From Somniosus microcephalus (lineage: Eukaryota): a stretch of DNA of 64,000 nucleotides. A program made the translations under genes and the position numbers. The stretch lies in the NCBI GenBank assembly GCA_052327205.1, contig CM126211.1, positions 115,382,001 to 115,446,000 of the forward strand, given 5' to 3'. Below are positions 45,703-58,072 of the stretch, piece by piece (the stretch's first letter is position 1; each line of letters starts with the position of its first letter). The notes below the pieces were generated by a model, which did no database searches, was not told where the DNA came from, and saw nothing but the letters and a program-made list of their open reading frames with translations.

Positions 45703-47044
45703 GGTATATCGCCAGCAGTTCTCATATCTGAACATGTCTGAGGAGCAGTGTGTTCGGAGGCTGCGATTCAGAAGGGAGGTGGTCACTGAGATCTGCCACC
45801 TGCTTCACAGAGATCTGCAGCCACAGCTGAGGAGCAGGACGTCTCTGTCGGTGGCAGTGAAGGTGATGGTGGCTCTCAACTTCTATGCCACTGGCTCCTT
45901 CCAATCCGCTACTGGGGACATTGCCAACATCTCCCAGTTTGCGGTACATTACTGCATCCGCCAGGTGACCAATGCCCTTTTCAGAAGGAGATGTCAGTAC
46001 ATCTCCTTCCCCATGACCCTGGACAAGTAGCAAGAGCGTGCAATGGGATTTGGAGGAATAGCGGGCTTCCCCATGGTCCAGGCGCCATTAACTGCACGCA
46101 TGTGGTTTTGTGGGCACCTCTAGAGAATGCCAAGGATTACCACAACCGGAAGGGCTACCATTCGCTCAACGTCCAGTTCGTGTGTGACCACAGGCAGCTC
46201 ATACTAGCTGTCAATGCCCGCTTTCCAGGCAGCAGCCACGATGCCTTCATCCTGCGCCAGACTTCTGTGCCAGACATTTTCGAAGCCCAGGCTCACCCAC
46301 GAGGATGGCTTCTCAGGGACAAAGGCTATCCTTTGTGCACCTGGCTGATGACCCCGCTCCGTGCGCCCAGCACCCCTGCTGAAGAGCGATACAATGACAG
46401 CCATCAAGCTACCAGGAACATCATTGAGCACACAATCAGCGTGCTTAAGCAACGGTTCCGCTGTCTGGACTGTTCCGGAGGAGCCCTACAGTACTCACCT
46501 GAGCGAGTCTCCCATTTCGTGGTAGTGTGCTGCATGCTGCACAACCTGGCTATCCTCAGGACTCAGCCACTGCCAGCAGACATTGGAGGACCACCAGAGG
46601 AGGAGGAGGAGCACCAAGGTGGGAGGGAGGCACAAAGTGCAAGGGCCGTCCATCGGCGGCTTATTGCACCTCGGTTCTAGGCCCCCTCTCAGGGAATGGC
46701 TTGTGCCAATGAAAGAACATGAATGGAGCCACTCCACAAGCCCTCAGCCAATCAAGGCAACAAATAGTTCAAAGTGCAAACATGGACAATGTGATTAAAG
46801 AAAAATTTTTACTGTGCAAACTCTGTGCCTTTCCCGCATGACAAACTAATTCAGAAAACCCCCCAAAAAACAGTCAGAGACATAACTGGCTCTCACAACC
46901 TTCAGAAAATGAAAAAAACAGTTAAACAAAAATGACCATTGTCCTCGGCCTTCATATAAAAAACAAACACAACAATCTCGGCCTTCATATATAAAAAAAC
47001 CATTCTCGGCCTTCATATATAAACACAACATTTGGCCACACCTT

Positions 47045-48892
47045 CTACCTTTTCCCCTGTGAGGGTGATCCACCTCGCTTCCGTGAATGGCCCCTTCCCA
47101 CCCTGCAGCTCCTCCTCAATGGGACCCCAGTGGCTGCAGCAAGGCTGGGGGAAGGCTGATGAGGGCCAGGTGGTGAGACGCCAGATGCCCTTGGGGGACG
47201 GCCTGGACCAGCTGCTGACTGCTCCAACTCTACTTGGGCGGCAGCAGTCTGTCCTACGGGCGGTGGCAGCTGCAGTGGAGGAGTGACAGTGTCGGCTGCA
47301 GGAATGCTGCCAACCTGACAGAGCACAGGCACTCCCTGGTCGGCTGATACACTGGCACTCGCACGGGCCAGCACTGCAGCATGAGCAGCAATCTGCTGAA
47401 GCACAGTCTGCTGGGCTGCTGTGGCGCGGCGAGGGCCCCGGTGATGCCTGGCCGATCCAGCGAGGGTGGCAGCAGTTAGTGCCCGTGTCGCCCTGATCTG
47501 TGTCTGCATCAGACCAGCCAGTGAATGCACGGCACAACTGAGCACTTGGCTGGAAGCCGCCTGTGCTGCCGCGAAGTCCTGCAGACTCTTTCCCTGTGCT
47601 GCACTGAATTCTTGCAGACTCCTGGCCTGTGATGCCCCGAATTCCTGAGCACTCCTTGCCAGTGACTCTATGGAGTCAGGCATCCTTGCCACTGTAGCCA
47701 TGAGCTCACTGTGCCTGCGCTCAGCCTGGGCGCCCATTTCACCAAGGAGCCGCACCTCCTCTGCGCTCACCGTAGCAGGACTGGAGGCCGCACTCACCCT
47801 CCGGGGAGAAGGCCGCCGAGCTTCCCCACCCCTCCCGCGTTGCTGCAGCCCGCTGGGCCCCGGAGCTTCACTCTCCTCAGACCCTTCCACCCTGCTCCCC
47901 TCCAGGGAAGACGTGTCCCCATCATGGCCATGGGCTGCCTCGGCTGAGGGTGGCACTGATGGGCCGGCTTCCTCTTCCTCCTCCTCGAATTCAGAATCAC
48001 TGACAGTGGCAGCTTGAGGGCCCACCTCCTCACCTGGCGAATCAGCATTTGAAAGCAGGGAGGCACAAGAGTTGCTTTAGAGTGAGGACAGGGCGGCAGC
48101 GAGGGAGGCATGAGTGCTGCTATGCACTGCATTGGTTCGATAGTGGCAAAGGATGCTGGTGTGAGGCACAAGTGGAAAGAGAGAGGTCAAAGAGGTGATG
48201 ACCTTACCATTGCTGTCCAGAACAGGGTCGGCATCTCCACTGGCGACGGGGCCAATCAGCCGGCCTGCCATAATGCGCTCCACACGCTGCTTCAGGTCGC
48301 AGAGCTCTTTGAGGTCAGGATGGCCTCCCCCGGTCCATCGCTGCTGCCTGCGATTGTGGGCCAGCTTGCCCTGCAAGAGAAAGGACGGCCTCTAAGTACA
48401 GTGTCAAACCCTGATCTTGCCTGCACTGCCTCCCATGGTGGAATAGCCCTGACAGTGTCAAGCCCTGATCTTGCCTGCACTGCCTCCCATGGTGGAATAG
48501 CCCTGACAGTGTGTAAAGTGCTGAATGTGCAAGTGGTTTTCATGAGAGTCCCATAGCTCTTGGATGAGGGCTGGGCATTGGGGCTTTCAGGTCCCTTTGG
48601 CCAGAAACTGAGGTGCACATGCAGAGATGAACAGGATAGTGGAAAGGGTACTCACCCTGACAACCCGAGTGAGGTCATTGAACTTTTTCCTGCATTGAAG
48701 TGGAGTCCTGGCAACCATGCTGTTGGTGGTCACCCTGTTTGCCACCTCCCTCCAGGCTTTTCGGTATTCGCTGGGAAGCGGTCTCCTGCCACTGTCAGGG
48801 AAGAGGACAGGTCGCCTGCGCTCTACTGCGCCAACCAGTAGCCTCAGGGCACCCTCGCTGAAGTGCTCCGCTCGCTCCCTAGCCTTCTGCAT
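47045..48892 (-). pseudogene. Three-exon Myb/SANT gene of F, near-intact
   Basis: Exons 48892-48656, 48370-48208 and 48048-47045 are all open; exon-3 acceptor reads AA instead of AG. Confidence 0.8.
48398..48512. repeat. 54-bp minisatellite in Myb intron 1 of F
   Basis: Units start at 48398, 48452 and 48506; shares a cccatggtggaa.agccct core with the D, E and B arrays. Confidence 0.85.
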
Positions 48893-49552
48893 GGTCCTGG
48901 GCGTAGAAATGATGATCCAGCAATGGTCAGGCCTTGCTGCACGGCTGCAGTGTGCAGGGCATGGCAGCCAAACAAGTCCACCCTCCCCCTTTAAGAGCTG
49001 ACCGGCACCAGCGTGTCTGCCTTCAATCAGCAACTCGCTGCACCTGCGCTGTGCCCGCCCTCGGTGCTAGCACCTTGGCACGCCGGCTTAACGCCTTATG
49101 ATAGTCGTGCATCGCCTGCTTTAGCGCAGCAGCAACCTCTTGGGGCGATGCAACTCAATTTCGGTGAAGATGGCGCTAAGTTGCGCCAGGCACTAAATTT
49201 AGCAAACGCCCGGCTGTAGCGCCCCAAACGTGGCGATACTGAATTTCTAGGCCTTGGTATTTTTAATGGGATAGATAAGGTAAAACCAGTTTATTAAATC
49301 GAAGTACACCAAGAAAGTAGGATCGGACGACAAATTTGAAATGAGCGAAAAGTAAACTTAGAACAAATGTCAGGAAAAATGTATTTAATCTACCATGCAA
49401 GCTAACAATGAGTTATAGAAAATACTATCATATCCAATGGTGGGAGAGTTAATATACTAGCAGGATGAGCTTTCATGTGCCAAACGGGTTTTTAAAAATT
49501 AATTTTGACTTTTCTTATGTGCTTATGTTCAAGAATGTTACATTTTCATTGT

Positions 49553-51430
49553 GGCCCTGATTTTCTGCCAGCCGTCGGGCGGGTTTTCAGGCGGGCGGGG
49601 GCCAAAATTTGCAGAAATAGGGGGTCGCGACCGCCCCCCCCCGCCTGATTCCCCGCCCCGTCCGACTTTCGGACCGCCGTTTCTCCGCGACCCGAATCAG
49701 TCCCGCCCGCCGCTGGCGGGTCTAGCCGTCGGGACCCTAATCACCAATTATTGGCATGTTTAATGCCATTTTAAGGGGCACTTGCTATTTTCAAGGGTTC
49801 CCCACGCTAAACATACCTGCGGGGAACCCCGCTGATGAAACCTGGCGTGAAGCTTGCTGGCTTGCTTGCTGTCAGCTGACAGTCATTCGGGAAAGCTGCG
49901 ATTTAATCGGAGAGCATTTGTATGGTGAAGGACCTTGTTGTTGCAGGCTTGGGGCTACTTCTTCAAGGCTTAGGCACAGCTGTGGAAGGTTGGAGCCTCT
50001 CACACTTCTCCAATGTGATCTCCTGGGAAACCCCTCTCGCCACCCTCACTCAGCGCTTCCTCAGCGGAGGCATCTACAAGAAGCATGGGACGCCTTTTTT
50101 TCCTTCCCTTCTTGCCATTAGAGGATCTCCAACAGCAGAGGCGGCAGCAGCAGAACCAGGAACAGTAGGATGAGCACCAGGAGCACCAGGCTGCTGCTCA
50201 CTCACCTGAAGCTGCACAGGCCAGAAGGGGCCAGCGCTTGGAAGTGGCTTGAGAGCACCCTGCTGCGCTTTAGGGGGCCATGGGGACCCATTTCTGCACT
50301 GGCAGTCCTACTCAGAAGGACTTCCATGAAGGTCTGGTTTCTCTGTTCAATAGATGGCCAACGCTCCTCAAGAGATGTCATTCTCTTATGAGCACTCACC
50401 ATGTTTTCCGTACCCTGGCGAGTTATCTCCTCCATGGAGGTTGCCAACCTTTCCATGGTGATGCGTTCATGCGCCAATGACTCCGCAAAGGCTCTGCTTA
50501 TGGTCACTAGGGACTCCTCCATTCGCTCCACACTCGCAGCGACCCTGGAGACAAAACCTGCCAGAGACTCCTGCATCTGTGCATGGAGATCCATCACCTC
50601 TTCTGTTGCGGATGGACCCAGAGGCAGAGGGTCAACATGCAGCGCAGCTGAGCTGAGCTGGCAGAGTCCTGCGCCCTCCAACGAGGACTCTCCACTGTTG
50701 TCCCTGTCTTCAGAATCTGGTGAGGCTCACTTGTGAGCTGTGAAACACCAGGTGACAACACTACTCTATGTCCCGAAGGTCCCCCCGAGGTGTGAGTGTC
50801 TGCGCTGGTGCTGGGTGCGCATACTTCTGCTGACGCTGCGCCCTCAGAGGTTGGAGCTTCCTCTGAGGAGTCTGGCTGCACAGCCTCTTCCTCCTCCACA
50901 GTGGGGACGGGGGCTCTGGATGGTCCTGTGGGGGAGTAGAGGAAGGAGTTAGAGATGTGATGCCAAGGTTACATGCACATTCGAGTTGACATCTGCTGAC
51001 ACCTGCATCCATGCAGCCTTGGTCTCAGTGGGAGGCCTCTTCCTGCCTGACCTAGGGAAGAGGACCTCTCTGTGGGCCCTAACCCCATCCAATAATGCCT
51101 GCAGTGAAGCTTCATCGAATTTGGAGGCAGCTCGGGGTCTGGCACTGGCCACAGCTGCTGCAGGCTCCTCTGCCATCCTGTATGGTTCGTTTGGAAGCCA
51201 ACAGAGGAAGCAATGCTTGCTGTGGACCTTGAAAGCACCACGAATGATGACATCATACCGTGGGGCTTTCTGACTAGAAATGGACAATTAGCAAGGTTGT
51301 CCACACGCTGGAAATTAATTGGTCACTTGAGGGAAAATTGCGTGCAGCTGGCTGACCCATTTTTTTGTGGGTCAGAACCCCACATTCGGGAAATCCGATC
51401 ATTTCCCACACAATCCACAAAATCGGGCCC
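49553..51430 (+). mobile_element. Internally deleted Harbinger (element G), relative of H
   Basis: Ends GGCCCTGATTTT / AAAATCGGGCCC; TSD TGT; transposase 5' stub fused at ~50235 to antisense Myb exon 3; Myb exon-1 piece at 50980-51175. Confidence 0.85.
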
Positions 51431-52201
51431 TGTGTGTCTGATGAGCATTTAGGCTGTGTTGACAATAAAATTAGGGTGGGTGAGTTGGTTAGAGTTTCCA
51501 CTTTTGGTGCATTCTATTATTTTAACTTAAATTTGCATTATATTTGTTCAATATATCATAGGGTAGATTTTCTGCTTCGGCGCAATCGGTGAGATAGGCA
51601 CAAAAGACGCGCAAAATTGTGCTAGTTCTGAGAAGTGTTTTTTTCTCGAGTTTCCACTCAAACTCAAAGGGCTCGATTTTCAATGGTCCGTGGAGGCGGG
51701 TCTGGAGGCATGTGGGGGGTTAAAATCGCAAAAACTGGCGTGCGTCCCCCCACCCCCCGCCTGGTTCCCGACTCCGAGCAATTTTAACTCAGTCGTGTCT
51801 GATGGTCCCGACTCCGTCCCGCATCCAACAGGCGGGACTGGTCGTTAAGGCCCTTAACAACCACTATATGGCCTCTATAATCCTATTTTAAAAGGCCCTT
51901 GCGAATTTAACCCTTTTCCCACGTGAAACATGCCTGGTGGGAAACACGATGGTGAAACCTGGTGGGAGCACTATTGGATTGCTGACTATCAACAGCAGGT
52001 CAACCATTAAAGAAGAGATTTGATCAGCCATCATTTGCAGGTGGCAGGACTTAGTGGTCTCAGGTCTGGGGCAACTTTTAGAAGGCTTAACCAAACCTGT
52101 GGAAGGTTGGAGCCTCACACCCATCTCCAGTGTGACCTCCTGGGAAACCCCTCTCGCCACCTTCACTGAGCGCTTCCTCAACTTTGGCATATACCAGAAG
52201 C

Positions 52202-53443
52202 ATGGGAGCCATTTATTTCCTTCCCATCTGGGCTTTAGAGGAGCTCGAGCACCAGTCACGGCACCAGCAGAACCAGGAACAACAGCAGCACCAGCAACAG
52301 CAGCAGCAGCAGGAGCGCCAGGCTGCTGCTCACTCACCTGAAGCTGCACAGGCCAGAAGGGGCCAACGCCTGGAAGCCCGTCGGTGCAGGAGATACCCCC
52401 CAAACAGGGTCTACAGACACAGGGTCAGCTACCTCAACATGTCTGAGCAGCAGTGCCAAAGGCGGCTCCGACTTTTGCGAGAGGTAGTGACTGACATCTG
52501 CGCAATGTTACAACAAGACCTGCAGCCCAGAGGACCAGGTGGACAAGCATTACCAGTGGCCGTCAAAGTCACCGCCGCACTCAACTTTTTGGCCTCAGGC
52601 TCATTCCAGGGATCAGCAGCAGACATCAGCGGCATCTCCCAGGCGGCCGCACACACTTGCATCATGCAGGTAACCGATGCCCTCTTTGCCCTCGCGCACA
52701 ATCACATCCATTTCACCAAGGATCGAGCAAGTGTCACGGTGCGAGCGGTTGGATGAGCTAATCTGGCAGGCTTTCCAAGGGTGCAGGGCATCGTTGACTG
52801 CACACATGTGGCCCTTAAAGCACGCCATCGCAATCCAGGTATTTTTGTCAACCGCAAGGGCTTCCACTCCCTTAACGTTCAGCTGGTGTGTGACTACAAG
52901 AAGGAAATTTTGCATGTTTGTGCCAAGTACCCTGGCAGTTGCCATGACTCCTTCATACTGCGCCAGTCTAGTGTGCCTCCGCTATTCAGTCCGCCAGACC
53001 AACTTAATGGATGGATACTTGGAGACAAGGTCTATCCCCTGAAGACGTGGCTAATGACGCCGTTGAGGAGCACATCAAACGAAGCTGAGGAGAGCTACAA
53101 CTCCAGCCACATGTCCACCAGAGCCATAATCGAGCAAACTATCGGTTTGCTGAAGATGTGCTTCAGATGCCTGGATAGATCAGGTGGAGCCCTGCAGTAC
53201 TCAGCAGCCAGGGTCTCCAGAATTGTCGTGTTTTGCTGTGCACTTCACAACATGGCACAGCGTCGTGGCTTGCAGATTCCTGAGGACCAAGTGGCTCTTC
53301 ACATATCCTCCTCAGATGTGGAGGAGGAGGAGGAGTGCGAAAATGAACATCCTGCAGAGGCCCATCAACCAGCGGCAGCATTACACGAGAACATTGCTGC
53401 CCGGGATGCAAGGAATGCACTCATCCTGGCCAGATTTGCTTAG
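52202..53443 (+). pseudogene. Harbinger transposase (element H)
   Basis: [14 protein letters not shown] and RAIIEQTIG motifs; one in-frame TGA at 52754; N-terminal Q-rich tract. Confidence 0.92.
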
Positions 53444-53662
53444 CCTAGTCAATCAAACACTTTTGCCTCACAGCTTCTTACCAGAGCATTGACAATGGCC
53501 AAGTACAGAGGATTCCTAGCACTCTGACCACCATACTGACAGTTGCAAGTATTCCTAAGGCCTCAATGTGGAAGTCCAAATAGCGAAATGACAGACGCCA
53601 CAACTGCAACATTTGCCATCAGAATTTTTATGTACAATTATGAAGCGATGGCATTTTTACAG

Positions 53663-56600
53663 TGATGTGCCTCAATAAATCCGAGACTCAATGTTAACTG
53701 AACAAAGCAAGGCTTTTATTAACTTAGAAGGTAACACACAGTGGAGAAGTGTCTCCCATCCAGAGGTCGGCTGTACTGGATGTGAGACACGCTGGGCCTG
53801 CTTAAGTAGAGGCCAGGTATGGGCGGAGCCCTACACACAATAAAATACAGGTGAGGAAATGGAACTGAGGTAAGGGAAATGAAACTGAAACTAAACCACA
53901 GTCACAGGCACAATCACACACAGAGAATACAGATGAGTGATGAATGGCATATTTCATCACATTCACCCCTTCTATAGATTTAGTCTGTTCGGGGGTTTGA
54001 TAGTCCTCTGTGACTGACGTGGCTGTTGTGGTGCCGCGGGTGTTGGCTGGGTGTCCCCGGTGGCCTCCTGGGTCTCTGCCGGGGGCACCGCCAGGGTTGT
54101 TGAAGGGGTGGTTGGTGGGGGTACCATTGGTCGATGTTCTTCCGGGGGTGATGAAAGAGTAGTGGGTGGGTAAGAGTTGCTGTGATCGTTGTTGTGGTTG
54201 TTGTCGTTACCGGCTGGGGCGACGTCTTTTATGGACACGGTGTCCTCCCTTCCGTCGGCGTGCCAGACATACGCGTATTGGGGGTTGGCGTGGAGTAGGT
54301 GCACTGACTCCACGAGAGGGTCCGTCTTGTGGCCCCTCACATGCCTTCGTACAAATACCGGACCTGGGGTGGAGAGCCATGACGGCATGGATACGCCTGA
54401 GGTGGATTTCCGGGGAAAAACAAACATTCGTTCATGAGGCGTGGCATTAGTGGCAGTACACAATAGCGACCGTATCGAATGGAGCACATCTGGGAGGATT
54501 CCTGCCAGCGGGAGATAGGGAGGCCCTTGGTCCTTAGAGCTAGAGTGACTGCTTTCCATACTGTCCCGTTCTCTCGCTCCACCTGGCCGTTACCCTGGGG
54601 GTTGTAGCTGGTGGTACGGCTCGTGGCGATCCCCCTGGACAGCATGTACTGGCGTAACTCTTCGCTCATGAAGGACGCCCCCCTATCCGTGTGGATGTAG
54701 CTCGGCATACCGAACAGGCAGAACGGGCTGTTGAGGCATTTAATGACCGTGGCGCTGGTCATGTCTGGGCAGGGGAAGGCGAATGGGAAACGGGAGTATT
54801 CGTCCACAATGTTCAGGAAGTAAACATTGCGGTCGGCTGACGGGAGGGGGCCCTTGAAATCCAAGCTGAGCCGCTCAAAGGGCCGTGTAGCTTTGATTAA
54901 GTGGGCTCTATCTGGGCGGTAGAACCGAGGCTTGCACTCAGCGCAAGTGCGGCAGTTCCTGGTCAGAGACCGAACTTCCTCAATCGAGTAGGGTAAGTTG
55001 CGGGACTTTATGAAGTGAAACAGCCGTGTGACCCCTGGGTGGCAGAGGTCGTTGTGGAGGGTCTGTAGCCGATCCCCGGTGGCGCTGGCACACATCCCTC
55101 GTGAGAGGGCGTCGGGGGATTCGTTAAGGGCCCCTGGCCGGTAAATGATGTCATACTCGAAGGTGGAGAGCTCGATCCGCCACCTGAGAATCTTATCATT
55201 TTTAATCTTCCCCTTCTGTTTATTATTAAACATAAACGCTACCGACCGCTGGTCGGTAAGTAGGGTGAAGCGTTTGCCGGCTAGGTAGTGGCGCCAGTGG
55301 CGCACTGCCTCCACGATGGCTTGGGCCTCCTTTTCCACGGAGGAGTGTCTGATCTCGGGGCCTTGGAGGGTCCTCGAGAAGAAAGCTACGGGCCGCCCCG
55401 CCTGGTTGAGGGTGGCCGCCAAGGCAAAGTCAGACGCATCACTTTCCACTTGAAAGGGAGTGTTCTCGTCCACTGCCTGTAGCGTGGCCCGCTCAATATC
55501 CCGCTTAATGCTTTTGAAGGCGGCGTGGGCCTCAGCAGAGAGCGGAAAAGAGGATGCTTTGAAGAGGGGGCAGGCTTTGTCGGAGTAGTTGGGGACCCAT
55601 TGGGAACAATAAGAAAATAACCCCAGGCACCTTTTCAGGGCTTTGGGAGTGTTGGGCAGGGGCAGCTCCCGTAGGGGGCGCAATCGGTCGGGGTCTGGTC
55701 CGATTTCCCCATTCTCCACCACGCTGCCTAGTATGCAGAGGCGCATGGTGTTGTAAACGCACTTGTCCTCGTTGTAGGTGAGGTTGAGTTTTTGTGCGGT
55801 TTTCAGGAACCTCTCGAGGTTCGAATCGTGATCCTGCTGGTTGTGACCGCAGATGGTGACGTTGTCGAGGTAGGGGAAGGTTGCCTGCAAGTGGTGGTCA
55901 TCGACCATGTGGTCCATCTCCCTCTGAAAGACCGAGACCCCATTCGTCACCCCAAAGGGGACTCTGAGGAATTGGTAGAGGCGTCCGTTCGCCTCGAAGG
56001 CGGTGTACGGGCGGTCCTCTGGTCTGATAGGGAGCTGGTGGTATGCTGACTTGAGGTCGATGGTGGAGAACACCCGGTATTGGGCGATTTGGTTCACCAT
56101 TTCTGATATGCGGGGTAGCGGGTAGACGTCTAGTTGGGTGTACCTGTTGATCGTTTGGCTATAGTTGATCACCATCCGTTTCTTCTCGCTACCCCTCACC
56201 ACCACCACTTGGGCGCGCCACGGGCTGTTGCTGCGTTCAATAATGCGCTCCTTCAGGAGCCTGTCTACCTCGGTCGCGATAAACCGCCTGTCCTCCCAGC
56301 TGTACCTCCTGCTTTTGGTCGCTATTGGCCGGCAGTTAGGGGTAAGGTTCGCGAATAGCGAAGGCGGCTTTACCTTCAGGGTAGCCAGGCCGCACACTGT
56401 GAGGGGCGGCTGGGACCCACCGTAATTGAACGTGATGCTTTGGTGGTGGCACTGGAAATCCAGGCCCAAGATCACGCTCGCACATAGATTCTTCATGATT
56501 AGTAATTTAAAATTATCGTATACAGTTCCGTTAACGGACAATTGTACCGCGCAGTAACCCATAATGGTCGATGTCTGGGTTTTATCAGCCATAGAGATGG

Positions 56601-58042
56601 TACCCCGAGTAGGGACCACCGTTAGAGAGAGTTGTTGTGCTAGTTCAGGGTGGATAAAACTCTCCGTACTTCCACTGTCAATTAAACCTTTAACCCCGCA
56701 CCCATTTACCTCGATGTCCACCATTGATTTGGATAGCGGGTGCGGCCTGGTCTGGTCCACTGTGACCGATGCCACTGTAGGGCCCTGATCGAGACAAGAT
56801 GGCGTCCACGCTGTCTGCTCACAAGATGGCGGACCCCACGAGGTCGGGCAAGATGGCGTCCAAGATGGCCGCTCCCACGGCGCACACGCGGCGGTGGCGG
56901 GTTTTCCGGCGGGGTTCCCTCTGCACACCTTCCCGAAGTGCCCCTTCTTACCGCACTTGAAGCAGGTGGTGCCTTTCGCCGGGCACAGGTTTCTGGTGTG
57001 TTTCGGCTGTCCGCAGAAGTAGCAGTTGGGGCCCCGACGCGTCGCGTCTGTCGTAGGGCTTCTGGGGGGAGAGCGGGGCCCCGACGGTGTCGGGCTGCCG
57101 GGCGGGGAAGGTGCCTTCCAAGATGGCGGCGCCCTTGGTGCACACGTGGCGGCGTGGGCGGCGCGGGCTGAAGAGTAGGCGTCCGAGTTTCTCTGGGCCA
57201 CATCCAGGGATCGCGCTGTGTCCACAGCCTGTTTCAGGTCCAATCCCGTTTTCTCCAGTAGTCTCTGCCGGATGTAAGTGGAGCTGAGGCCTGTGATAAA
57301 GGCATCACGAACAAGCTCGTCAGTGTACACTGCGGCTTTTACATCTTGGCACTTGCAGTCTTTGCCAAGCGTTTTCAGGGTGACTAGGAACTCATCCAGC
57401 GATTCCCCAGGTCGCTGTGCGCGAGTAGCGAGCAGATGCCTAGCATACACCTCATTCGTAGGCTGCTGGTAATGCGCCTTTAAGATGTCGCAGGCGGCCG
57501 GGTACGTGTCGGCGTCTTGGATGAGGGGGTAAACCCAGTGGCTTACCCAATTCCGCAGGATTCCGAGTTTCATACTTTCAGCGTCCGTAGCGCCTGTGAT
57601 GGCTGCGGAATTGTCCAGGAAGAATTCCATACACTTAAACCAGTGTCCAAAGCATGCCGATGCGTCCGAAGCATGCTGGTCCAAATCCAAACGTTCGGGT
57701 TTCAAGAGTTGATCCATTGTGTTGAAAAATAAGTTAATAAAATTGATGTGCCTCAATAAATCCGGGACTCAATGTTAACTGAACAAAGCAAGGCTTTTAT
57801 TAACTTAGAAGGTAACACACAGTGGAGAAGTGTCTCCCATCCAGAGGTCGGCTGTACTGGATGTGAGACACGCTGGGCCTGCTTAAGTAGAGGCCAGGTA
57901 TGGGCGGAGCCCTACACACAATAAAATACAGGTGAGGAAATGGAACTGAGGTAAGGGAAATGAAACTGAAACTAAACCACAGTCACAGGCACAATCACAC
58001 ACAGAGAATACAGATGAGTGATGAATGGCATATTTCATCACA
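53663..58042 (-). mobile_element. Full-length Ty3/Gypsy LTR retrotransposon (Gypsy-2)
   Basis: 299-bp LTRs at 53663-53961 and 57744-58042 (one mismatch seen), TSD TACAG, PPT AGAAGGGGTGAA on the minus strand. Confidence 0.97.
53972..57717 (-). pseudogene. Gag-Pol of Gypsy-2 with one frameshift in the integrase (~54500)
   Basis: Same domains as Gypsy-1; ORFs 54337..57756 and 53972..54559 overlap at WQE/ILPDVLHS; likely start MDQLLKP at 57717. Confidence 0.92.
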
Positions 58043-58072
58043 TACAGTAAACACAAAATTGCACCCAAGTGA

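Larger units (their letters stand above)
41207..46680 (+). pseudogene. Harbinger transposase (element F), split by Gypsy-1
   Basis: MGAAMGG...PPRV|YRQQFSYLNMSEEQC across the insertion; TAG at 46028; frameshift at ~46080; catalytic D changed to N (GAINCTH). Confidence 0.9.
40694..49253 (+). mobile_element. Two-gene Harbinger transposon (element F) with a nested Gypsy
   Basis: TIRs GGCCTAGAAATTCAGT / ACTGAATTTCTAGGCC; TSD TTG. Confidence 0.93.

Noticed and set aside
54480-54520. Programmed frameshift in the Gypsy-2 integrase
   Set aside because: Gypsy-1 is continuous here (WQEVLP) and no slippery site is apparent; a 1-bp deletion or sequencing error is simpler.
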